In this document: piece after piece, positions 49,001 to 58,097 of the stretch
Position numbering within the stretch: position 1 is the first letter of the stretch
Layout of the letters: every line of letters starts with the position of its first letter
IMG/VR virus record: IMGVR_UViG_3300023278_002223
Coordinates: 1 to 64,000 of that record
Source: a virus
Strand: one strand, 5' to 3'
DNA length: 64,000 nucleotides
The notes under the pieces: model-generated
The model's input: only the letters and a program-made list of their open reading frames with translations
The model's database searches: none
Told to the model about the DNA's origin: nothing
Made by a program: the position numbers and the translations under genes

Positions 49001-49505
49001 GGACAAATGCATGGTTAGATGGGCTGTTCATGCAGCCAGTAAGACATAGGAGCCCCTCGCTGAACTTTCGGAGCATGCTCCAGTCGATCCTTGGGCGATA
49101 GAAGAAGCCCCCATCTTTGTCCACAGGGACGTTAGCCCAGGTGGTGAGCTTGTATAGATTGGATAGGCCCACATTGTTCTGAGCAATGATGGTGATATGG
49201 CGAGACTTGCGCTCTTTCTCCTTATGGTCGTTAGTGAAGTAGAACTCACACCCAGGGATGAACTTAATCCCCTGCTTCTGAGCGGCTTCGTAGCCACGAA
49301 CCAATCCGTGAAGGTTGCCGTGATCGGTGATTGAATATGCATTCTGACCCATCTCAGCAAGCCTAACAACGGCCTCCTCTGGCTTGGCGAGGGCGTCTAG
49401 CAGACTAAAGTGAGTGTGGTTGTGCAGAGAAATATACCCCGTAACGTCCTCAGGGCCGTTCGTGGGAGTTGTCTTGATTTCGCAGTCATGAGGCTTATCG
49501 CACAT
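46044..49505 (-). CDS. dnaE: DNA polymerase III alpha subunit
   Basis: PHP domain (LHNHTHFSLLD, ITDHG), GRGS.AGSL, MPDVDLD, GVFQLES, YGFNKSHA, C-terminal OB fold. Confidence 0.97.
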   Translation of the reverse strand: MCDKPHDCEIKTTPTNGPEDVTGYISLHNHTHFSLLDALAKPEEAVVRLAEMGQNAYSITDHGNLHGLVRGYEAAQKQGIKFIPGCEFYFTNDHKEKERKSRHITIIAQNNVGLSNLYKLTTWANVPVDKDGGFFYRPRIDWSMLRKFSEGLLCLTGCMNSPSNHAFVHDSYEDGKDHVKHMVDIFGEKRTFVELQNVNDQNNIYIPEQELILNNCRQVAQELGLRSVASNDSHYVNASDTFAHEVLKAIDARATLKTPVVDHSKGVTKGRLVFNGFDYYNKSKEEMLQKFSPEEVQTSQDIADSVNVTIKLGGMKTPKYKGLSDSECMRALKDRCRAHWEDFGIDTLDNRDEYVERVQRELAEVEDAGLQHYFMIVADVCKFCDDNGIIRNYGRGSCAGSLVLYLLQVTIKADPIRYGLIWERFWNHGRKGSMPDVDLDIQIDRREEVIQYLREEFGKDRVLPMITITTMTAKGVIKDVGKVLGLSHEYLNRLTKNVKDKNNGLQDAINSSSILKKAEQGVDEDVAAWEHEAEKTKDTWKKNQLISDANDRRRMLKKTFEIAFKLEGVNRNRSTHACAVLIADEGLFGKMPCVWDAKKKSLLTGFDMYDVEKMGYMKLDVLGLKTLSVVSRALPDFMDNVGDFDNSKVYDLITKGNNKGVFQLESKLGESWARKVKPSNIEELAALISLIRPAVLESGLAAEYLENKNKGEWDVLHEELRPIFETTYGVMLYQEQMLEVVRVFGGFDLKEADMLRKAVGKKIPKLMAQFKNRFLDGCIEKTKNSALAEELWGWIEKGAEYGFNKSHALTYAMMSYTTAFAKLEYPLEFYCALLQLSSNEQKPQEEIAEIFYDSKLRGVEVLPPSIAHSEHDFTVNNGDIYFGLQSIKKVGKASLKTVKDIYKESNDLAEFVIGLKKAKKDVVEALCFAGAFDFMGVERTKLFMVLSSVKAMTPKELKVLSVMCRGGGDVDLSTARSKKVISVPGSDDIFGAFSCFQKWLTEGNITDKVVAAKRIEKIQGIVSDLKDLTDPATSERTMAARELMYLGIPLTYCEVDVYDDVRKTHEVINIKREMANKRFATIAVLSRVSLKQDRNGNQMAFVSLTDKTYMIDAIMFHEAFSKYKQAATAGSVVYVEGKMSRDGTPLINIMQKI

Positions 49506-49896
49506 CTTTAGACCTTCCGTCTGTCTCATCTCTGTCTACAGGTACCCATCTCTTGAGTTTCTTGCAGTACTCTAGACCCAAGTCATTCCTAACTCGGATC
49601 TTGGCCGCTCCCTTTGCTCTACCCCTGCCCAACAAGGCAGTAATCTGGTCTGGGGTGTGGGGCTTTGGCTTTCTTTCGGCTGGTCTCACCTGGGTTGGGT
49701 TCATAATCTTCTTTCTCCAGATATTTGTTACAAGTCTGGTGTAGATTACGCAGAAACCCTTTCTTCTCCCCCTGGAGAGCTCCCTGTATTTCCAGCCATA
49801 ACACCAACCTCCATCGTAAAAGCTTACGAATTCGGATTCAGCTAGGTCTACTGGAGGCTTCGACCAATGTGATGGAAATTCTTGCATTAGATCCAC
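49495..49896 (-). CDS. Hypothetical basic protein
   Basis: Overlaps both neighbours in operon. Confidence 0.55.
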   Translation of the reverse strand: MDLMQEFPSHWSKPPVDLAESEFVSFYDGGWCYGWKYRELSRGRRKGFCVIYTRLVTNIWRKKIMNPTQVRPAERKPKPHTPDQITALLGRGRAKGAAKIRVRNDLGLEYCKKLKRWVPVDRDETDGRSKDVR

Positions 49897-50105
49897 ATTC
49901 CTTGGTTAAGTGATCTTTTGAATGTAAGCTGTGTTTCGTAGGCTTCTTGAAAGGTCTCAAAGTTCCCTAGGAACTCCCCATTGTATGTGGACGCCCACCT
50001 GTTTCTACCGAGCCTATCGTCGGTAAGGTTTAGGATTCCTTTTACCTTCATGATCTGTGGGTGCCTGACATAGTAGATGTCAGCCCTAAAATCTGGGTTA
50101 AACAT
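49887..50105 (-). CDS. Hypothetical protein
   Basis: Short ORF coupled to neighbours; likely start MFNPDF. Confidence 0.5.
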   Translation of the reverse strand: MFNPDFRADIYYVRHPQIMKVKGILNLTDDRLGRNRWASTYNGEFLGNFETFQEAYETQLTFKRSLNQGMWI

Positions 50106-50700
50106 TTTTATTAATCTTTCTAGAAATAAGTGCCCATTTATCGTTTTCGTTCCCATAAACCCAGTTGTTGTCGCCCAAATATGAGCCTTCTGGGTATTCG
50201 CTCCTTAAGATGTCGTCCTCTCTGAGGTCGTCACCTTGCCATATCTCTACAACCACAACGTCTTCGTTGGTGTTGTTGTAGGCCGCATGCTTCTCCATCT
50301 TTCCTACAAACACCTCTTGTCCCTCTTCTAGGGTCAAGTCCTCCCCTTCTAATAGCATAGAAAGGGTTCCTTTTTGAACAGACCAGTGCTCAATTCTATG
50401 TTCATGCTGCTGGTAGGACATGGTGCAGCTTGGTTTTACTGTTAGCTCTTTGATTATGTACCCGTCGCCACTTGCAATGTGTCTGAATGAGCCCCATGCG
50501 CTGTCGACGGACCTCCTGCCCCTACTCCAAACCCACTCGTGTACGAAGTACGCACCCAGGGTAGCTGGAACGTGAATAACCAACCAGGAGACTGTGAACA
50601 ATAGCCCTCCAGTGAGGAGGTAGACGATTGCTGCGCCCATTATTGTTGAAAGCGTCTTCCACGTAATGGCCTTATATAGCCATCTTTTGTATGATGTCAT
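50098..50700 (-). CDS. DUF2061-like membrane domain fused to mannose-6-phosphate isomerase (type II) cupin
   Basis: KAITWK..YFVHEWVW N-terminus; WGSF, SYQQHEHRIEHW, VEIWQGD.LREDDI.R cupin. Confidence 0.75.
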   Translation of the reverse strand: MTSYKRWLYKAITWKTLSTIMGAAIVYLLTGGLLFTVSWLVIHVPATLGAYFVHEWVWSRGRRSVDSAWGSFRHIASGDGYIIKELTVKPSCTMSYQQHEHRIEHWSVQKGTLSMLLEGEDLTLEEGQEVFVGKMEKHAAYNNTNEDVVVVEIWQGDDLREDDILRSEYPEGSYLGDNNWVYGNENDKWALISRKINKNV

Positions 50701-51722
50701 TACGACCTCTCGCTGTCATCTTCGTCTACAAGGTGTTCGAGACCCAGATCGGCTAGGCTGTTAATCTCGTTGATTTCTCCGCCTTGCTCGATGTGTTTCT
50801 TTACTGAGGGGTGAATGGCCCTACACATCTCGACGTCGCACATGAATCGACAAATATGGTTAGGGCGCTCATGTCCGCTTGGCTTGTCCATGATTCTCTT
50901 TGGCATCTCGTCCTCTGTGATGTCGTCCCAAATCTTGGATAGCCTCTCCATAATCTGGGTCTCTGTAGAGGCTCCAAATGCTGGGGTTAGCTGCTTGATT
51001 CCCCCCTGAACGTACATAATGGTAACAAAGACGTTTTTGTACTGTGGATACATCCTGCGAGCAGCAAGGTAGTACAGCATCAGCTGTATGTCTTTTTGCG
51101 ACTCATTGAAGGACATCTTGTATCGGCCTGTTTTGTAATCAATGATCTCGACGGTGTCTTCGTCAAGCTCGATCACCAAGTCAATGATCCCGTTGATATT
51201 GTAGGTCTTGCCTTTGTACTCAATGTCCTGATTAAACTTGTCCTCAGTGGCCAGAAGCTTTTTGCTTGGCACAAAGATCCCGGCCTCGCTATTGTCGGCA
51301 AGAACCCTGGAGACCATTGCTTTGGCCTCTTCCCACGCATTCCATGGACACCCGTTAAAAGAGTTTACATCGCTGTTGACGATTTGGCAAGTCCCTTTTT
51401 TGAATGCTGGGCAGTTTTCACAATCCTTCTCTACCTTGCCCACATGACGACAGTCTCTCCAGGAGTCCAGGCCTCTGAAGCCAGTCTCTAGAAGCATGTC
51501 TTTCCAGTTCTTCTCTAGGTCTTCTAGAGAATTCCCTTCTTCATCCTTGCCGTCTAGGGCAGCCTGGGCCCATAGCTCGTAAATCCTGTGCAGAGCAGAA
51601 CCTAGCTCAGCAGCGAATCCGGCTTTTCCCCGTACGAAGAGCTGGTATTGCATAAAATATTTGAACGCGCACATCTCATACGTCTTTAGCTTGCTTGCAC
51701 TTACACGCTTAGGTTCCTGCAT
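50700..51722 (-). CDS. PD-(D/E)XK exonuclease (RecB/Cas4-like)
   Basis: SASKL..Y..C, GSALH, GIIDLV, IIDYKTG, QL..Y, C-terminal Cys cluster. Confidence 0.85.
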   Translation of the reverse strand: MQEPKRVSASKLKTYEMCAFKYFMQYQLFVRGKAGFAAELGSALHRIYELWAQAALDGKDEEGNSLEDLEKNWKDMLLETGFRGLDSWRDCRHVGKVEKDCENCPAFKKGTCQIVNSDVNSFNGCPWNAWEEAKAMVSRVLADNSEAGIFVPSKKLLATEDKFNQDIEYKGKTYNINGIIDLVIELDEDTVEIIDYKTGRYKMSFNESQKDIQLMLYYLAARRMYPQYKNVFVTIMYVQGGIKQLTPAFGASTETQIMERLSKIWDDITEDEMPKRIMDKPSGHERPNHICRFMCDVEMCRAIHPSVKKHIEQGGEINEINSLADLGLEHLVDEDDSERS

Positions 51723-51835
51723 TAGCTGTCTCCATAACCGTCAGACAGCATCCAGACCGCAAAGGCCCCGATGGTTGTCATAGACATGGTTAGTAGTAGT
51801 ATTTCGATTGTACTTATATCCACAGGTATTTCCAT
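51722..51835 (-). CDS. 37-aa hydrophobic peptide
   Basis: MEIPVDISTIEILLLTMSMTTIGAFAVWMLSDGYGDS; TAATG overlap with nuclease start. Confidence 0.45.
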   Translation of the reverse strand: MEIPVDISTIEILLLTMSMTTIGAFAVWMLSDGYGDS

Positions 51836-51871
51836 AAAAAAGAGAGAAAGACCAATCCGGCCTCTCTCCCT
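51836..51871 (-). terminator. Terminator after membrane module
   Basis: AGGGAGAGAGG-loop-CTTTCTCTCT followed by a T-tract on the - strand. Confidence 0.65.
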
Positions 51872-51900
51872 AATAGCATGTATATCAACGTATTTTATTA

Positions 51901-52422
51901 TTATTTAGGAGGAAGGGTTCCTGGAACCACAACTGAGCCCCTGCTCTGTATCTGATAGTTCCAACCACCACCGCCATCGCCGCCTCCACCTTCTCCGTCT
52001 CCGTCTCCGTCTCCGTCTCCCTCACCTCCCTCGCCCTCCCCTTGCCCACCAGTTGTCTCAAAGGTAGACGGCTCACCATCTCCCATAGACTCTCTTTCGC
52101 CCTCCAGGGCGTCCTCAGCTGCGTCTAGCCAGGGAAGCTGGACAATTCGAGTTGTGTCATCCTCTTTTAGGAACAGGGTTATACTTACGTCATGATCAAG
52201 ATCGAAGTATATGACAGTAATAGTGCTTGGGAGCTCATTCCACTCTAACTCTACTGGGTAACCAAGCAAGTCGTCATAGGAAATATAGCAGTTCGCTGCT
52301 GCTATTGCAATAACTGGAACAAATAGAACCAGTACTAGCTTCTCAGTGTTGAACGCCTGGATTAGACAGGCAAGAACAACCAGACCAAGAACCACTAGGG
52401 CCACTCCGAATGTTGAAAACAT
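51901..52422 (-). CDS. Two-TM membrane protein with Gly/Asp-rich tail
   Basis: Two hydrophobic helices, DLLGYP motif, GDGDGDG tract. Confidence 0.7.
   Translation of the reverse strand: MFSTFGVALVVLGLVVLACLIQAFNTEKLVLVLFVPVIAIAAANCYISYDDLLGYPVELEWNELPSTITVIYFDLDHDVSITLFLKEDDTTRIVQLPWLDAAEDALEGERESMGDGEPSTFETTGGQGEGEGGEGDGDGDGDGEGGGGDGGGGWNYQIQSRGSVVVPGTLPPK
51992..52020. repeat. (TCTCCG)x4.8 microsatellite encoding Gly-Asp
   Basis: Direct hexamer repeat. Confidence 0.8.
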
Positions 52423-52424
52423 GA

Positions 52425-53030
52425 CTACCTTCCTACCACATACTCGGTGCGAGACGTTGTTACATCTTCTATTCTAAACCTCTGCTCATCATTGACTACA
52501 ACGGTCTCCACAACTGTGAACTTAACAAAGTGCTTTTCAGAGCCCTGATCGGAGAACGTCTGCTTTCCAGCCCAGATGATTCTTCGGTGATCGATGTCTC
52601 TAATTACAACTTCCACCTCAAAAGGCTCTGCCTGAGCTCTCTTGGAGAAGTAGTGGCCGTTGACCACATACTCACCAGCAAGAACGCCTCGAACTGTTAC
52701 AATCTCTTCATTGTTGTCGATTGTGTGCCAGGTTCCATCCGGGTTCCTGTAGGTGCCGAAAGACACGATGTCAAGGTCCAGGAAGAGGGGATCCTCTTGC
52801 CTGTTGCCGTAGTACACCTTTCTCCCATCGGGAAGCTTAACCCACAGGTCAACATCGGTGTCCGTACTCCAATTCATGGAAATCAAGATCCTGTTTCTGT
52901 TATCGGTTGTGGCCTCGTCTTCAGTAGGGTCATTCACAAGGATGAAAGACAGGAAGAACAGGGCTACGAACGTCAACAGCAAGTTGAACAGCAGGTCGGT
53001 CATTGCGCTAGTGGTTGACTTGCTAGACAC
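52425..53030 (-). CDS. MotB/ExbD-like TM helix fused to YfaP-like soluble domain
   Basis: AMTDLLFNLLLTF (conserved Asp) and ISMNW..DTDVDLWV..PDG motif; probable GTG start. Confidence 0.7.
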   Translation of the reverse strand: MSSKSTTSAMTDLLFNLLLTFVALFFLSFILVNDPTEDEATTDNRNRILISMNWSTDTDVDLWVKLPDGRKVYYGNRQEDPLFLDLDIVSFGTYRNPDGTWHTIDNNEEIVTVRGVLAGEYVVNGHYFSKRAQAEPFEVEVVIRDIDHRRIIWAGKQTFSDQGSEKHFVKFTVVETVVVNDEQRFRIEDVTTSRTEYVVGR

Positions 53031-53031
53031 C

Positions 53032-53481
53032 TTAGCCTCTCCACTTCTGCTCAATTAGGGCGACATGCGCCTGAAGGTTCAGAGAACAGATTAGGCCGAC
53101 TAGCGTTGTCACAAGAGCCGTTCCAATTCCACCAGACATTGATGTCAGTGCGGACTTAAGGCTCTCTGGGTCGCTTACGTCAAGACCAGAGAAAGTTCCC
53201 AACAGCATGAGGATAAGCCCAATAATGGTACCCATGAGCCCAAGAGAGGTGCATACCTCTGACGCCCACTTTGTTACCCCCAGGTTTGCCTCTTTACCCC
53301 ATGTCCTTAGGATGTACCCAAGGTGCAGGGTTGCGGCAAAGAGAATACCAAAGATGACCCAGGAGATACCTGTGCTGTCAGCTTGGCTAATAGATGAGCC
53401 CAGCCCTACAACCATAGAGTAGATAAATACAATCAGGGTCACTGAGGCCAGAGACCACCATCTTACCATTAGACTAGCCAT
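53032..53481 (-). CDS. MotA/TolQ/ExbB proton channel family protein
   Basis: LGLMGTIIGL...GIGTALVTTLVGL signature. Confidence 0.85.
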   Translation of the reverse strand: MASLMVRWWSLASVTLIVFIYSMVVGLGSSISQADSTGISWVIFGILFAATLHLGYILRTWGKEANLGVTKWASEVCTSLGLMGTIIGLILMLLGTFSGLDVSDPESLKSALTSMSGGIGTALVTTLVGLICSLNLQAHVALIEQKWRG

Positions 53482-53785
53482 TGTTGAACTGTGTTCCCTC
53501 GGTAAGAGCTGCAATCTCTTCTGCCAACTTTTGTGCAGCGATATCTTCTTCGGTAACCTGTGATGCAACGTATGTGAATGATAGGAGTTTTCCTACCCCT
53601 TTGAACTTAGAGCAGTCGATATCGGTTCCTTCGATCTTCACGCTGAAGTGCTGCTGCTTCTTGTCAAAGGATGCGCGAGTTAGCTCTACGCTGTCAACCA
53701 CAATTCCCTTGGAGATGAAACGGTCCTTGCACTGCTGCTCACTTCCGATACAGCTATAAATTGAGTATCCAGTTACCTTAGTCAT
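53474..53785 (-). CDS. Hypothetical protein
   Basis: Coupled ORF, 103 aa. Confidence 0.6.
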   Translation of the reverse strand: MTKVTGYSIYSCIGSEQQCKDRFISKGIVVDSVELTRASFDKKQQHFSVKIEGTDIDCSKFKGVGKLLSFTYVASQVTEEDIAAQKLAEEIAALTEGTQFNNG

Positions 53786-54116
53786 TGTCTCTATCTTCCT
53801 TTGTCTTGAACTCGAACCCCTCTGGGATCAAGCCATTGCTTTTTAGGTGGTTCCATAGGACTGTATCTGTCCCTCTTGCTGAAACCCACGATACTGACGA
53901 CATGCACATTGAGATCCAGTCTTCTTCGACTACGGTCTCATTTAGATCCACAACCTCTCTCAAGAACATAACCCTCTGGCCCCCGTCGTGAGAGTGGCCA
54001 AGGACGACGCCTTCTGCGTCCTCAATCTCCGCCTCTGTAACACAGACTAGTTCCCCAGCCTCCCAGAGATCTTTTCCTCTGCCGTCCAAAGTGTCTATTA
54101 GATCCTTAAACTTCAT
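53778..54116 (-). CDS. Hypothetical protein
   Basis: GGAGG SD, ATGA overlap. Confidence 0.6.
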   Translation of the reverse strand: MKFKDLIDTLDGRGKDLWEAGELVCVTEAEIEDAEGVVLGHSHDGGQRVMFLREVVDLNETVVEEDWISMCMSSVSWVSARGTDTVLWNHLKSNGLIPEGFEFKTKEDRDND

Positions 54117-54775
54117 AGAGTTCCTCCTACTTCAAGGTCAAAGACGCCATTTTGCTGCAAGACCCTAAAGACATTCTCTTTAAGATTGTCTAGACCCTCG
54201 ATAGAAGGGCCCTCAAGAATCTCGTCAAACAGCGTCTCGTCGATTTCATCGACACAAGCTTCAGAGTCATGATTGTCTGAATACTGCTGTCTTTCAATCT
54301 TTACTACATACCCCCCAAGACTCTTAACGGCCTCAACCTCATTCTGGAAGCGAATGTCGGTCACAAAGACTACGTCCGGGGTGCTGCTTGTATCTGTGTC
54401 GTATGTCTCTCTGCCCATTCTTAGTTTGAAAACATTAACCCAGAAGTTCAAAGACATCTTCCTAAACACATCTGTGCCAATGACTTGCAGAAGGTCTCTG
54501 ACGCTTGCTTCATCCTCTGTGGACTTTCCTGACTTGCTGCAGATCTCCTCGTTGAAGAAGTGGCCCCAGTCTCCCATGATGGCATCTTTGTCATCATTAG
54601 ACCCAAATGGCAGTTCGGAAGGAACGCCCAGGTAGTCTACTACAAACCTCTTGAGTGGGTAGGCGAAAGAGGTGTTAGCGGCTGTCTTGCCGGACAGCTC
54701 GACCATCTCAGTGCCAAATTTGGCGAATGAATCTTTGCCAACCTGTTTTCTTCCACAAAGTCCAATTATTAGCAT
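54113..54775 (-). CDS. Deoxynucleoside monophosphate kinase
   Basis: IIGLCGRKQVGKD, FA.PLK, RDLLQ.IGT, DIRFQNE, HDSE. Confidence 0.9.
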   Translation of the reverse strand: MLIIGLCGRKQVGKDSFAKFGTEMVELSGKTAANTSFAYPLKRFVVDYLGVPSELPFGSNDDKDAIMGDWGHFFNEEICSKSGKSTEDEASVRDLLQVIGTDVFRKMSLNFWVNVFKLRMGRETYDTDTSSTPDVVFVTDIRFQNEVEAVKSLGGYVVKIERQQYSDNHDSEACVDEIDETLFDEILEGPSIEGLDNLKENVFRVLQQNGVFDLEVGGTL

Positions 54776-54784
54776 TTTATTCCT

Positions 54785-55768
54785 TTATCTTCTGCCTCTA
54801 AGAAGCTTCTTTAGGTCAACTTCGGACATGTCTCCTGCATCAGACCCCTCTTCTGGTGGATAAACAACCTCCACGTCGATTAGGGCTCTTTCTAACTTGT
54901 TGACGTTCCCGGCTTCAGCATTGCGTCCACCTGAGTCATTGTCCAGTAACGTAATAGCCTTGTTGACGCCCATATTTTTAAGAATTTCTACCTGTCCATT
55001 GGTTAGAGAGGATCCCATTATTGCCATTGAGTTCCAAAACCCTGTCTGGCAAAGCTTTACGACATCCCATGGGCCCTCAACAAGCACAACTGTTGACATA
55101 TCCCATCGGTCCATGGCCTCCTTGCACTTGTCAATGTTGAATAGGTTGATGGACTTCTTGAACCTTGAGTGCCTCCACTTTGGGCCATCGTCGACCAGAG
55201 CTCTTCCGCTAAAGCCAACTACGTTGCCCTCTATGTTCTTTACTGGAAACACTAGCCTGCCATCCATTACCCCATAGTTTGAGATACCAACCCCCATCCT
55301 GGCAAGCACTCCAGCGTTAAACCCTCTCCCTGTGGCATATGAGTAGTCTTTCCTTAGTCGGTCAAGGATGCTCTCATGATATGTCTCCTGCTCAAGATGA
55401 AGCTTTGTGTGGTCCACAACCTCCCTCTTCGGCTTCTTGGTCGCCTTGATGACCTCGATACCCTTTAGGTCCACCTCGATGTACTTTCTGCCCAACTTGA
55501 TGGCCTCGATTCGGCTTACGTCCTTCATGGTGGCTATAAGGCCAATCATGTCAGACCCCAGCTTCTCATGGCAATTTGCTGTCCAGCAAAACCAAGCGTT
55601 TGGCTCTTCGTAATACGTGAACCCCGTTGGGTTGTCTCCCCCATGACAGCAGGTGGGGCCCCTAAGGCCCTCCACTGTCTCTACGTACTCTGAAGAGTCG
55701 ACCTCAAGAATCTCCAAGAGATCAGAGAAGTTGTTCCCGAGAGTAAGGTTAATTGTATCAACGTTCAT
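54785..55768 (-). CDS. dnaG: DNA primase
   Basis: CH..DN..CW..C zinc domain, VVGFSGR, VEGPWD, LDND..G TOPRIM. Confidence 0.9.
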   Translation of the reverse strand: MNVDTINLTLGNNFSDLLEILEVDSSEYVETVEGLRGPTCCHGGDNPTGFTYYEEPNAWFCWTANCHEKLGSDMIGLIATMKDVSRIEAIKLGRKYIEVDLKGIEVIKATKKPKREVVDHTKLHLEQETYHESILDRLRKDYSYATGRGFNAGVLARMGVGISNYGVMDGRLVFPVKNIEGNVVGFSGRALVDDGPKWRHSRFKKSINLFNIDKCKEAMDRWDMSTVVLVEGPWDVVKLCQTGFWNSMAIMGSSLTNGQVEILKNMGVNKAITLLDNDSGGRNAEAGNVNKLERALIDVEVVYPPEEGSDAGDMSEVDLKKLLRGRR

Positions 55769-57249
55769 CAGTTCGCTGTTCCATGTCCTGCTTCGTCCCA
55801 GGGCATCTCTAGGTTTTTCTCAATTAGCCTACATGTGACTTGTTCTTTTTTGACCCTTGGGTCTTTGGCATCGACATAGATGCCAATATATCTACCCTGG
55901 GTTCCTGGTCCGTGTCTACACTCGGCTACGATTAGCTTCATGTTCGTCATACTGTCGTTTGTCTCCGGGTTGACGGCAACATTGTTTAGGCTTGCCTGAA
56001 TCTCTGCATCAGTCTTCTTTGCTAGAATGCTGAAGTTGTCGCAAAGCCAGATGATTCTGTCTGAACCTGAGATGGTTGTTGCATCCTCAGCTTCAACACC
56101 AGACCTGTTCTGCTGGGCTAGTGCCAACATTGGTGAATCATAGTCGCGCATAAGGTCGTGTAGAGAAGACATCATGTAGCCAAGGGCCTCATATTCCTTC
56201 TCTCCTCTTTTGTCGCTTGCGTTCATAAGCTTTAGGTAGTCTAGGACGACTACTGCTTGGTTCCACTTGCCTTCAGCATTCTTTCCAACTCGACGGGCGA
56301 ACCACCTTCTGATGACTGAAACCTGCTGCTCGATACCCCAGCCAGCAATCTGCACGTAGTCAAGTGGCATCTTCTCTACTAGGGGCATAATGTTCTTGAT
56401 CTTCTCGGCATTCTCAGGCTCAGTAACGAAGCTCCCTGATTCAATAGAGTTAAGGGGGACGTCCGCCATCATTGCTGTCATTCTTGACATCTGAAGGTCA
56501 GTCGATAGCTCTGTATCCAAGTAGAGGACCGGGATGCCCTGTAGGGCGACGTTCTTTGCAATGGTTAGGGCAAGGAAAGACTTGTGCCTCTTTGGGCGGG
56601 CCGCAATCACGTTGATGGTACCTTTTCTTAGTCCTCCGCCAATTGCGTCGTCGAATAGCTCGAACCCCGTTGCGATTCCCTTTTCGATCTTTGAGTCTAG
56701 AGCGTTCTTTGCGAGGTCGTTGAGCCAGGATGCGTACTCTTCACCAAGGTCAACAATGTCTTCCGACTTGAAGAGGGTGCTTGTGAACTCGTATGTCCCT
56801 CTCTCGATATTCTCGATCATCTTGTGGGCGCTTTTGCTGTCGCTAATTTCACCCTTCATGTCCTCTAGGTGCCCAAGGATCTTTCCCCTGTAAGACTCAG
56901 TAACTACAGACTTTACGTGCTGCTTTATTGCTGACTTAGTTGGGACTGGGGCGCTATAGATCTGCTCGATTGCATCTCTGTAGGTGTCTGCATATCTATC
57001 GTAGTCAACGGGCCAGTTGCTTGCGACCCTCTCTTCCAGTAGAACTCTGTCTACAATGGATCCGTCTGTAGCCTGAGCAGACTCAGTACAAAGCTCTTTT
57101 GTCGCCTTGTACAGGTTTGTTGACACGCTTGAGCTGAAGTCTCCTCCGTCGATGGAGTGTCCGTCAATCTCGAAGATATTGTCAGAACTCCTGGTCACAT
57201 AGGACAGGATAGCAAGCTCTGATTTTTTGTAAAGCCTATTCTTAGCCAT
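55768..57249 (-). CDS. dnaB: Replicative DnaB-like helicase
   Basis: TGF..FD...GG, AARPKRHKS, YLDTE, VVLDYLKL, AQQNR, R.GP. Confidence 0.9.
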   Translation of the reverse strand: MAKNRLYKKSELAILSYVTRSSDNIFEIDGHSIDGGDFSSSVSTNLYKATKELCTESAQATDGSIVDRVLLEERVASNWPVDYDRYADTYRDAIEQIYSAPVPTKSAIKQHVKSVVTESYRGKILGHLEDMKGEISDSKSAHKMIENIERGTYEFTSTLFKSEDIVDLGEEYASWLNDLAKNALDSKIEKGIATGFELFDDAIGGGLRKGTINVIAARPKRHKSFLALTIAKNVALQGIPVLYLDTELSTDLQMSRMTAMMADVPLNSIESGSFVTEPENAEKIKNIMPLVEKMPLDYVQIAGWGIEQQVSVIRRWFARRVGKNAEGKWNQAVVVLDYLKLMNASDKRGEKEYEALGYMMSSLHDLMRDYDSPMLALAQQNRSGVEAEDATTISGSDRIIWLCDNFSILAKKTDAEIQASLNNVAVNPETNDSMTNMKLIVAECRHGPGTQGRYIGIYVDAKDPRVKKEQVTCRLIEKNLEMPWDEAGHGTAN

Positions 57250-57697
57250 TGCGTCTTCTCATTCTGTTCTCTAGGGATCTTAGTGTCGAGTCGATTCCCT
57301 CTGGCAGCTCTGAGATCTTGTCGAGCTGCATCTTTGCCATGTTTAGTTTTGAATTAATGGAAATCATGTCTGGGTCTACTGACAGAATCAACTCTCTCTT
57401 CATTGGAAATGGTAGAAACTTGTCCACCCCACCCAGCCCCCTGGCTACATAGGAGTCGACTAGTCCGTCTAGCCCTCTGACAAACGCCCTGAGAGAAGAC
57501 CTCTTGCTCTTCAGCAGAGTGTTGAAGGAGTGAGCCTTAAACACAAACTCTTCTATCTCCTCAGAGGACTTACCTACGAGACCCCTCTTCTGGAACTCTA
57601 TGATATCTTCGATTGTAAGAGATGGGTTGTCCTCAACGTAAGACAGTCCGAACTGCTCACAGAAGGCTTTCATCTCAAAGATAAGGCTATCTATCAT
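57242..57697 (-). CDS. Hypothetical coiled-coil protein
   Basis: Coupled ORF between endonuclease and helicase. Confidence 0.6.
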   Translation of the reverse strand: MIDSLIFEMKAFCEQFGLSYVEDNPSLTIEDIIEFQKRGLVGKSSEEIEEFVFKAHSFNTLLKSKRSSLRAFVRGLDGLVDSYVARGLGGVDKFLPFPMKRELILSVDPDMISINSKLNMAKMQLDKISELPEGIDSTLRSLENRMRRRNG

Positions 57698-58097
57698 TTA
57701 TTGTCTCCGCAAGGTTGTCTATGTCGTCCTCTGATTCAACTCGAATCAGTGTGATCGAATTAGCTAGACACCATTTGTCTTTGTTTAGGTCGTTAATCTT
57801 GGCTCTGGCGAAGTTAGCCCTAGTTCCATGGAAGAAGGGTGTAAACTTCTTGTGTTGCCTTCCGTCTGCCTCAAAAGCAATCCTAAGCCCAGCCCCCATT
57901 ATTAGGAAGTCTAGATGCAGAACTGGCCTAAGGCCGACGCATGGGAACTCTTCAAGGACAGTGTATCCTGGGAAAAGTTCAGAGACCTTAAGATACAAGG
58001 AGTGGGCCAGCTTCGACCTAGAAGACTCGTCTCTTGTGTGGCTTCTATAGTCAATGTGCTTGGCGTGCTCTCTGCCATTTAGGTCTACGAATTTCAT
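57687..58097 (-). CDS. DUF559/Vsr-like endonuclease
   Basis: EE..C, LDF, AFEADGRQH, D..K..WC...I.LIR motifs. Confidence 0.75.
   Translation of the reverse strand: MKFVDLNGREHAKHIDYRSHTRDESSRSKLAHSLYLKVSELFPGYTVLEEFPCVGLRPVLHLDFLIMGAGLRIAFEADGRQHKKFTPFFHGTRANFARAKINDLNKDKWCLANSITLIRVESEDDIDNLAETINDR

Noticed and set aside
52425-53481. Complete Zorya defence system
   Set aside because: The MotA-like protein lacks the long ZorA tail, the partner lacks an OmpA domain, and no ZorC/D/E is present.
46044-57249. Inteins or introns in dnaE, dnaG or dnaB
   Set aside because: Lengths are normal and I saw no intein splice motifs or ORF interruptions.
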